DNA from: Paraspadella gotoi
Taxonomy: Eukaryota > Animalia > Chaetognatha
Length of the DNA stretch: 64,000 nt
Assembly: GCA_051294375.1 (NCBI GenBank)
Contig: CM119270.1
Location: forward strand, 21,109,775 to 21,173,774
Direction: 5' to 3'
Part shown: positions 26,596 to 36,384 of the stretch, piece after piece
Layout of the letters: every line of letters starts with the position of its first letter
How positions within the stretch are numbered: position 1 is the first letter of the stretch
The notes under the pieces: model-generated
What the model was told of the DNA's origin: nothing
The model's database searches: none
The model's input: only the letters and a program-made list of their open reading frames with translations
Made by a program: the position numbers and the translations under genes

Positions 26596-26790
26596 CAGGG
26601 ATGTGGAGCCCGGAGGCCGGAGCCGGAGCTGGAGCCGCCGGGCCGGATTTTTTTTTTGCCGGAGCCGGAGCCGGAGCCGGAGCCAGAATTTTTATCTAGC
26701 CGAGCCGGAGCTGGAGCCGGAGCCGAAAAAAATTTTTGACCGGAAGGGAGCTGGAGCCGGAGCCGAATAAAATGCCCGGCTCCAGCTCCA
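26596..26790 (+). mobile_element. Left end of a hAT-like DNA transposon or MITE
   Basis: Starts CAGGGATGTGGAGCC followed by clustered GGAGCC subterminal repeats. It begins exactly where homology to the uninterrupted copy at 17275 stops. No right TIR is seen before the gap. Confidence 0.7.
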
Positions 26791-27404
26791 TAAAAATAAA
26801 ATTAAGATTAATAATTATCATAATTAAAAAAATATTTAAAAAATATAATATTGATTTTTTATAATTCATGAAAATTTTCAACTTACTTGTTTTACCTATT
26901 TACTATTTTCTATTTTTCTATTTTTTATTTTTTATAATTTTATAATACTCATATATTTATTATATATAAGATTAAGTAAATAATATAATTTTCTTTATTT
27001 TTTAATTCTATTAAATTTATTATAAAATACTTTCAATTTTTTATGAAGTAAAAATTTATCCCTGATATCGCTTTGGTTTACTTAATACAGCAGTCTGATT
27101 AAAGGCAAAGCTTTTCAAGTATATATTTTAAATAATAATAATACTAATAAAAGTTATTTTTCTTACTAATTTTTTTTCTTATTATATTACTTGCAATTTT
27201 TGTTACATATGGTTGAAACATATCTATTTAACAGATAAAAAATTAAATTACTTTAATATAATATTTTATTTTAACTTTTTAATTAATGAATCTAAAATAT
27301 ACGATAAAAACTTATTATATTAGTTTAACTTCTTTTCATTAATTAAGGAGATAACAGTTTTTTTATTTTGAACAACGATTTTTATATTGACAAAATTTTT
27401 AAGT

Positions 27405-27450
27405 CAGGATATGTTTCGGCTCACAAGGGTTAGAGCCTTCATCAGCATTT
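27405..27450 (-). ncRNA. Degenerate minimal type-I hammerhead ribozyme
   Basis: CUGAUGA-A-GGCUC-uaacccuugu-GAGCC-GAAA-CAUAUC. Core and stem II are intact, stem III has a C-A mismatch and stem I pairs poorly. Confidence 0.5.
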
Positions 27451-28090
27451 TTGAAATTCAACAATTTTTTCTCTGTTAATGTTAGTTTTGGAGAGAGAGA
27501 GAGAAGAGATTTTTCAACCAAAGAATAGGGTAAGAGACAGTGGCCGATGTGAGGACAGCTAACGGTGAGGACAGGGAAGAAGAAGCAAATTTGTGAAAAG
27601 TCAAAAGAGAGAAGGAGAGAGAGAGGAGAAAAAAATATTAATATCAATACTTTTGGTAATGTAAACAGAGATATAAGTGAAATAAATTAAATTAACAAAC
27701 TTAAATATAAACTAATATTTAACAAAAATAAATATATTAATTAGTTCTAACTAAATAATAAATAAAGTGAATTAAAGTAAAAATTTGGAAATGGAAGAAT
27801 AAGTGGTGAGGGATAGTTTAGTAAAGTGATAGTGAAAGTAAGTGTAAGAAGAGCTCAAANNNNNNNNNNNNNNNNNNNNNNNNNAAAAAAATTTAAAAAA
27901 TTCGATTAAATACAAAGCTATATACATGAATTGGAACAATAAACATGAGGAAAAACAATCAGTAAAATCGTTTAGTAACTAACAAGTAAAATGGCCAAGA
28001 GTATTTCGACGTTCTATTTAAAAATTTAAAAATAAAAATAACGTCGACCACGACGACGATAATGAAGACGATGACGAAGACGACGACCAC

Positions 28091-28132
<42 letters not shown>

Positions 28133-28274
28133 CACGATAATGACATTGTTGATCCTGAGAATTCAATGACAAAGACGTCGAATAAAGTGAAAATCTCACT
28201 TACCCAAAACCCGCCTGACTCACCTCGGGTCACAAAAGAGTCCAGTTGGACGAAAACTCACCTGCGGCGACGAA

Positions 28275-28320
<46 letters not shown>

Positions 28321-28932
28321 TTAACGATCGGAAACACGGGTGATATTTTATGATATGATGATAGCGATGAGAGATGACATTTTATGACATCGGCGACTAA
28401 GATGACACTTTCTTGACTGACTGACGAAGGCGTCATTTCATGACTTTTGAAACAAATAAAACGATTCGGAAAACTGACAATAATTACTAAGACAATGACA
28501 AAGTCGATGACAAAATGAAAGACAATGACCAAGAGAAAGACAACGATGCAAAGACACACTCATTAACAATGACAAAGATAAAGACAAAGATTAAGACAAA
28601 CCTAAAGACAAAGACAAAGATAAAGAAGATGACGGTTTTTCTTTTAAACCGGTGACACCCAACGACCACAAAAGGAGGCCCACAAACGCCGATTACGAAA
28701 GACCACAAAAGACCACAAAAGACCACAAAAGCCCACAACTCCCCCACAACCGAAAAATCCAATCAGAACATCGGAAATCCACTTCAAAATCCTTTTCTTC
28801 TTGAGAAAAAAAAGGGACAAAATCTGGGAAAAAATAGAAAGAAAAAAATATATAAAGGAATAAAAGGAAAGCCGACTCCTGTTGCTTTTCGGCTTACATC
28901 TTGTCGTCTCTCTCTCTCTCCCTCCTCTCTCT

Positions 28933-28967
<35 letters not shown>

Positions 28968-29875
28968 CTCTCCTCTCTCTCTCTCACCCTCCCATCGCCC
29001 ATGCCTCATCAAAGGGCAAGAATGCGCTGCCCATTTTCTTTCTTCCTCCCACTTTACATGTGCTCGTCGTCGTCCGTCGTCGTCGTCTTCCTCATCATCG
29101 TCGTCGTTGGTCGTTGTCGTCCTCCGTCTCTTCCTCTTCCATCGATTGTAATCGTCGTCGTCGTCGTCGTCGTCATCGGCGGTCACTATGATTTATTCTC
29201 GCGATTCATTTTCGAGATCTGCCTTAAAAACTCTGTCGAGAGATTAGCCGACAAAAAATCAGTTTTGCCCGACAAAAAATCAGTTTTGCCCGACAAAACA
29301 AAATTCATTTTTGTCGAAGAAAAAAATACTTTTTCTTTTTTTTAATTTTTTCCGGAAAAAAAGAGACAAATTTTGGAAGGACGTTTCCGCCGCCCGCCGC
29401 CGCCGACGCCGCCGCCGCCGCCGCCCTCTTTGTGGTCGTCGTCGTCGTCGTCGTCGTCATCGTCGGTTGTTCGTCTTCATTCACGTCTTCTTGATCACCG
29501 ACGACTTCCTCTAATTTCACCTCCTAGCGATCATCGTCGTCATTGTCGTCGTCATCGTCATCGTCGTCGTCGTCGTCGTCAACTTCCGAATTCAGTGTCG
29601 TTATATCGACTTCGTCTTCTTATTCTTCCTGATCATCTTCTTCGTCATCTTTGTCCTCTTTTTTTTTTTCTTTTTTCTAAAAAAATAATAATTTCATCGT
29701 TTTTTTCTTAAATTTGTCATCTTCGTCATCATTGTCGTCTTCATAATCGGTCAATTTTTATTGTCTGGTTAAATATTATATATACATATATTCGTTGTTA
29801 ACAAAATCGTCATTGTCGTGATTTTTCTAAAAAAAGTTTTCGTAGTCATCACTTTTCAGTGTCACTGTCACCATA

Positions 29876-29906
<31 letters not shown>

Positions 29907-31678
29907 TCGTCGTCTTCGTCGTCACCTTCTCATCTTCGTCATCGTCATCTTTGTCATCTTTGTCATCGTCATCTTCGTCATCTTCATCGTCATCGTAAAG
30001 AGTTAAAAACGGCACTCCTGCATTTCTTTTTTCAATTTTTCCCAAAAGATCGAAAAGTTTTAATAAGGAAGTTCGCTGCTCAGTTCATAAAGAGAGAAGC
30101 CAATGTAAACATCCTTTTCAAAAAAAAAAAAAAAAGAAAGAAAGACCCGTAATCCCTTAAGATTAAAGCCTAAAAAAATGGGGGGGAGGAAAAAACGCTA
30201 AACTACTTTAATGTTCGCTTTTATTAATCGAGAGCACGGGATGAATGGTTAAAAAATAAAGACGTTTTAACAATGAAAAGTTTTTTTTGTATAAACGACA
30301 AATTTTAATTCATCGAAAAACACCTTTTAAAATAGCGCGGGAAAAAAAGGTAAGAAGAAAGAATAACAATATTATTATAACAAAGATAACAATTTTGTTT
30401 CTTAATGTGAACAACGACATAAAAAGAACACAGGGCGTTTTTCTTTCTCCAAAAATTACGAGTGAGATGAAAGCTGCCATCCGTCGTTAAAAACATTACA
30501 ATTATTAATAAAAACATTAATCATTTGTCGACCGAAAAAAGAAGAGAAAGAAAAAATTCAATTTGTAGAAAAATCTCTTTGAGCAAATATATCTCCTAAT
30601 TATACCCGTTGATAATCTGCAGTGAAGGCCGTTCGATCTCCGATGTTCCCTCTTGCCCTCAGCCCTTAATGGCTCAGGCCCGACCCTCAGGGCCCAACCC
30701 AGCCCCTAAAACGGATCAAGCCCGGCCCAGGTCTCGAACTCGGTTCGTCCGAACTGGAATTTCACTTTCCCTTCCCGTCTTCGAGTTGAATCAGGTTGTT
30801 TTTACGTCTCACGGATTCACTGACTCACGTATAACCGATTGGCAATTCACATCTCAATGTCATTTTCGATTTTTGGGATTCGAATGTCATTAGTAATGTC
30901 ATTCCTGATGTCACGAGAGATGACATGATCGAGGTTGACATTCCTGATGTCATTAAAGATGTCGCGCGACGTCAAAGAGAGAAGACGATGTGAGTTTCGT
31001 TTATCGCGCGGTTGGAGACGATCCGCTTCCTTCCTTTCTTTCTTTTCTTCTCTTTCTTTCTTCTCTTTCTTTCTTTCTTTTCCATTCTTTCCTTTCTATC
31101 TTTCTTTCTTTGTTTAGTCCTAATTTCCTTTCCTTTTCTTTGCTCTTTTCTCTTTCAATTTATTGTCCTTCAAAATAAAAAAACAATAACAAACAAACTT
31201 AAAACGACTCTATTTTTTTCGACCAAAGCCGATACTTTTTTTTTCGATTTTTAAAAAATTAAAATTTTCCTCGAACTTAATAATAAATCGTTTTCTTAAT
31301 TTTCTTTTTTTTGTTTGTATTTTCCGCTTCGGTCGCCATCGCTCATCCGCGGGAGATTTTAACAAGGACCCGAATCCGGTAAGATTGTTTATGTTTGTAT
31401 ATATATATATATATATATATTTCTTGCATTCATCGTTTACCGTTTTTTTTTCATGGTTTTACGGTTTGTTCATCAAATTTACGATTCACCGTTCCATTAA
31501 GGATTCAGTTTCAATTTTAAAATTCGATCCGAGATTTTTTGATGGCGAATTTTTAAAGGGAGGGTGACATGAGTTGGGTGAGATGCTTTCAATCAATTTG
31601 CATCCAGCTGCTGCCGACTGGAAAAGACGGACAAAGAATGAAGAATATTGTCCCAGTTGTGATATCTGTGAAAAAGGG

Positions 31679-31719
<41 letters not shown>

Positions 31720-33342
31720 AAAAATAAAGAGAGCAAAAATGAAAGTTTCTGGTGTCTGACCTCCGACGAATTTGAATATTTCTCTACCGCTTTAACTAGC
31801 AGTAATTAAGGGGGGAGTAGTGAATGAATGAGAGGAGGTAACGCCTCAGCCTCTCACTGGGACTTTATTTTCTTATGTTTTGTGAAGTTTAAAACTAAAG
31901 AAAAAGAATCGTTTATGTTTACTTATCGATGACATTTTGACTACGTGATTTAATGCTCTGTCTTTTTTTGTATTTGGATTGTTTAATTAATGTGAAATAT
32001 TTAATTGAGTTAAGCTTAACTTTTATTTCTCAGGTATTTACTTATGCAAGATTATTAGATTTTATCTACTTTATCTACTAGTTTGCATCTTTTCTAAGAT
32101 TCTTTCATTGATTTAACAAAACCTGACTGATATACAGACAAAAAACTTTTCTGAATTTTGAATTCATAGAAGTTTTAACAACTGAAAGCATCCAGAAAAA
32201 AAATTTGCTTATAAAAAGAAAATAACTAGACTAATCTTTATTTTTCTCATTTTCTTCATTCTTGCCTTCAAAATGGACGAAGAAACGTTCGATTAAGAAA
32301 AAAAATCAGGGGCAAAAAATTTTAATCCGCATTCAACTAATTTGCATCTTTGCGTTCGTGACTTTTTTTCGGCAAATTCGTTATCCTCAATTTTTGCGCG
32401 GGCGAATTTCGATCACGCGTCCCCTTAAATAAGCGGATTGCGCGCTTCTGCCTCATTGCGCAGAACAAACAGAACAGAAGCGGATTTAAAAGAACAGAAG
32501 CGAAAACAAATGAACAGAAGCGGAAACGAAAGAACAGAAGCGGAAACGAAAGAACAGAAACGGACGGAACAAAATCGAAACAGAGAGAAAAGCGAATAAG
32601 AGATGATAAAAGAAACGGTCAGAAAAAGAAGAGCATATAAACGGACCCCAAGTAACAGAAATTGACGGTTATGACCAGACTGAAAGCATTTGTCACAAAT
32701 TATAAAAAGTAGTATGAATACAGCTTAAGTGATCACCTTTCACTTTTCCCCTCACAATATTCTTTCGCCCGTGAGAAGGTGAAGGCGATTCGAAGGTGAA
32801 AAACTACAACAACAACGACGACGACCTTTGAGTGACTGTGACGAATCACAGAGATGTTATCTTTCCTTTGACCGGCATTCCTTCTTCCTCCGTCCCGAGA
32901 ATTCATTCATTCCATTCATTCGCTCGAGTGACCTCCATTCACCGGTCCATTCACCGGTCAAAGGATTTTCGGCCGCCGATCAAAATCCGGCTTTTAATTC
33001 TCTCGGCCGCAGAGCAAAGAGAAATATCGGCGCCGAGAAAGAATCGGAATCCGACAGAATAACATTTGGTTATTGAGAAAAGAATAAACGAAATTCGTGT
33101 AGTTAAGATCAAGATTTGACCATCCAAAGCAAACAAAACCTTGAATAAAGAATTAAGTAAATAAAAATAAATAAGGATAAAGAAATACAGACTAATAAAA
33201 TTACGTGAAATCAAATCAATTAATGAACATCTGTCGAGTCTGAAGAAACCAGTTGTCATTTAATATTGTTTAAAAATTATGTTTAATATCAGGTGTCATG
33301 TCAAACCAACCGAACAGTTTCCTGCGCCATCAACTAAAGTAA

Positions 33343-33416
33343 ACCATAATCATTATGGTCCATTTAACAGTCTGTTAGTCTCATTATGATAATGAGACTA
33401 ACAGACTGTTAAATGG
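33343..33416. repeat. Two abutting perfect palindromes (8-1-8 and 28-1-28 nt)
   Basis: accataat-c-attatggt, then ccatttaacagtctgttagtctcattat-g-ataatgagactaacagactgttaaatgg. Confidence 0.95.
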
Positions 33417-33768
33417 GCTTTAATCACAATTTTAACTAACTAATTTGTTCTTTTTAAACAGATTAAAAAGCTGGACAACCCAAACTTTTAAAAATAATTT
33501 GTCCGTCAAAATTAGATTTTTTTTTCCCAACATCGATTGGATACAAACAAAAACTCTTTCGAATTCCCGGCGCCGTTAAAACCGACCTCGACTGTAATGA
33601 CAGTCATTCCTCGTCGCAACCGAAATTCCCTCGCCGCTTTAATCCGACCTCGCTGTACAGTGGACACCGCGTACAGCGAATAATCGATGTTTCGTATCAA
33701 AGAAAAGGAAAAATCTGTTTCCTTCTTTCTTTAATTCGAAAGTCGATCTTCGGACGAAGCGACGCGCG

Positions 33769-36117
33769 ATGTCAGAACCGGAGATTACGACGACGACGAC
33801 GACGACTACCACGCCGCCACCCTCTCACCACCCACCACCTCCTCCTCCTCCCCCTTCTCCCCCTCTCCCTCTCCCTCTCCCTCCTCCTCCTCCATCTCTC
33901 CCCCCAGAAATAGAAGAGTTTCTCTCCGAGATTCGATTCGGTTTCTCGGAGGCGACGAGATTTTCATTCAAGACGAAGACGAGGAAGAGAGAAGTCGAAG
34001 TGGAGACGAGAGGGAGGAGGAAGAAGAAGAAGAGGGGGAGGGAGGAGGGGGAGAGAGGGGGCGGTGGAGAGAGCAGCGGCGGGGGCGGCGGCGGCGGCCT
34101 TTCGTTTCCCATCAACTTTTGGCGTCAATTAGAACACGGAGGACGCGACGATGATTCAAACAACGCCAACTCCAACGCCAACAACGACGACAACGCCAAC
34201 GACAACGCCAACGCCAACGACCCCTCCGTCCCCAACAGTCAATCGTCGCCTCTCCCGCCCGAAATTCGACGCAGCTTCGAGGCGCTGCGCTGCGGTGTCC
34301 TGCGGCTTGAGTCGCTCTCCGTCGTCAGGGATTTGATCGAAGATCGAAAGTCGTTGGTTGTGGAGATGGTGGAGGAGGAAGAGGATGATTGGAGGCGATT
34401 GCATATGGAGGACGTTGAGGATGTGAGAAGATTGCAGATGGAGTCCGTTGAAGAGGAGAGGCGATTGCAGATGGAGGACGTTGTGGATGGGAGGCGATTG
34501 CCGATGGGGACCGTGGAGAGGAGGAGATTGCAGATAGAGGCCGTTGGGAATGGTAGGCAATCGCGGATGGCAGCCGTTGATGGTAAAATCCCGTTGCAGA
34601 TGAACGGTGTTCAACCATCGGAGACTTTGGATGAAGCCAAGCTATTGCACTTGGAAGAAGCTGGCACATTTGAATCGTCCGAAGATCGAAGAGAGAAAAT
34701 TACTCAAGTGAATGCGGATCAATTGGAAAATCATCTGCAGCATCTTTTAAATAGACTCGATTTGATGGAAACAATAAACAAAACTGTTCAAGAGAGGAAA
34801 ATACAGCAGCAGCCGCAGGGAAATGAGCAACAGCAGGAGCAGCAGGAAGAGAAACAGCTGGAGGACTTATATGAAAATCAGATTGAAGATCAACGACAGA
34901 ATCGATTGCAGAATGAGCTTTTCATGATTTTGGAACCAATCATGGAGAATTCGGAAACGGATGAAGAAAAGGAGTTGACTGCGTTGGCAGATGGAAACGA
35001 CGATGCCTCCAATGAAGATCGCTCCAACGATGAGCAAGCAAAGGCAGCTAAGGAAGCTAAGCAAGCCTCGCTTGCATCCAGCGACCCTGCTACCTTGAAG
35101 GGAGACTCCAAGAAAATAGGAGAGGAAATAATTCGTCTTTTGGCCGAAGCCGAGATGGAACTTTGGCGTGACGGGAATAGGGAGGAGGAAGAGGAAGAGG
35201 AATTTGGAGATTATGACGCGGATGTGGTTGATGGAGTGGAGGAAACTGTGGGCGAAACTGTGGGCGATGGAGAAGATGTAGTGGTCGGTGTTGTGGACAA
35301 TGAAGTGGAAAATGTGGTGGACAATGACCCCGATGTTGTTTACGATGTAGAGGACAATAACGTTAAGGAAGTGGTGGACATTGCCGCCAACGTTGTGGAC
35401 AATGTAGAAGACAATAAAGCGGAAAATGTGGTGGACAATGACGCCAACGTTGTGGACAATGTAGGAGACAGTGAATTGGAAGGTGCGGTGGACAATAACG
35501 CTAATGTTGAGCACAATGAATCTCTCATAACCGCAAAGGCTGAAATCGTAAAGTGCGAGAAGATTGATCTAAGACCAGAACTTGTAAAAGACAAAGAAAA
35601 AGAAATAACTTCTTATAGAAACGTAAACATTGAGAGAAACGACAATGAACTAGTGAATTCGAATGATGAAGATGACAACCAAGAACCTGTGAAACAGAAA
35701 GAGATCGTGACTCGTGAAAAAACCTGTGACGCTGATGTCAGAGAAGCGGATGTGAAAGTTGCTGAAAAAAGTGAATCGAATGAAGACATCGAAGATTCTG
35801 CCGAAGACGAGGCTGGGCAAGCAGAATGCAAGGATGTTGCTGAAAAGGATGTTGCTGAAAAGGATGTTGCTGAAAAGGATGTTGCTGAAAAGGACGTTGC
35901 GAACGTCGAAACCAGGGACAATGTCGAAGAGTCATCCTCAAGAGTTGCTGCAAAAGTCTGCGCGACGGAAGAACCAGTTGCGTCCAAAGAGGAAGTTGCT
36001 GAAGACCAAGAAATGGACGCCGAGAATTTGGAAAAGGAAGCAATGGACATGGACGTGCAAATACGAAAGCTCATTGAATCCGTCAACGCGTTGGTGCAGA
36101 AAACAAAGGAGGTCTAA
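33769..36117 (+). CDS. ~780-aa acidic low-complexity protein with RRLQME, VVDN(V/D) and KDVAE repeats; no recognised domain
   Basis: 2.35-kb open frame in an AT-rich background with codon-periodic repeats. Some segments are probably frameshifted (see findings). Confidence 0.75.
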   Translation: MSEPEITTTTTTTTTPPPSHHPPPPPPPPSPPLPLPLPPPPPSLPPEIEEFLSEIRFGFSEATRFSFKTKTRKREVEVETRGRRKKKKRGREEGERGGGGESSGGGGGGGLSFPINFWRQLEHGGRDDDSNNANSNANNDDNANDNANANDPSVPNSQSSPLPPEIRRSFEALRCGVLRLESLSVVRDLIEDRKSLVVEMVEEEEDDWRRLHMEDVEDVRRLQMESVEEERRLQMEDVVDGRRLPMGTVERRRLQIEAVGNGRQSRMAAVDGKIPLQMNGVQPSETLDEAKLLHLEEAGTFESSEDRREKITQVNADQLENHLQHLLNRLDLMETINKTVQERKIQQQPQGNEQQQEQQEEKQLEDLYENQIEDQRQNRLQNELFMILEPIMENSETDEEKELTALADGNDDASNEDRSNDEQAKAAKEAKQASLASSDPATLKGDSKKIGEEIIRLLAEAEMELWRDGNREEEEEEEFGDYDADVVDGVEETVGETVGDGEDVVVGVVDNEVENVVDNDPDVVYDVEDNNVKEVVDIAANVVDNVEDNKAENVVDNDANVVDNVGDSELEGAVDNNANVEHNESLITAKAEIVKCEKIDLRPELVKDKEKEITSYRNVNIERNDNELVNSNDEDDNQEPVKQKEIVTREKTCDADVREADVKVAEKSESNEDIEDSAEDEAGQAECKDVAEKDVAEKDVAEKDVAEKDVANVETRDNVEESSSRVAAKVCATEEPVASKEEVAEDQEMDAENLEKEAMDMDVQIRKLIESVNALVQKTKEV

Positions 36118-36384
36118 ACTGCCGACGCGTGGTTGTCATGGCAACGACTCTCTAGTGAATATACACTCTTGGTCTCATAATCAGGGAAATCAAGGTGGCG
36201 GTAGCCTTTTGGTAGCTTTTTTTTTCCTGGGGGCTTTCATTTTTTTTATTCCTTTTGTTTTTAGGAAGATTAATTTCTTAATGATTATGACTTTGTAAAA
36301 AAAAAAAAACTTTTAAATTTATTCTAAAGAAAAAAGACTTTGTATTTTTTTTTAAAACGTAAGCAATCAAGTCTTCCATCTGCA

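Larger units (their letters stand above)
17655..35693. repeat. ~7.7-kb inverted duplication: 17655-25279 mirrored by 27885-35693; also 17275-17654 mirrored by 26223-26596
   Basis: Continuous reverse-complement identity with scattered indels. Both inner ends lie at or near 25-N gaps. Confidence 0.95.

Noticed and set aside
26597-26790. GGAGCC repeats with spacers resembling a CRISPR array
   Set aside because: The units are 6 bp and irregularly spaced, in a eukaryotic context with no cas genes. They fit transposon subterminal repeats.
30650-30730. CGGATCAAGCCCG resembling twister P4/L4
   Set aside because: There is no matching GA-T1 partner or P2.
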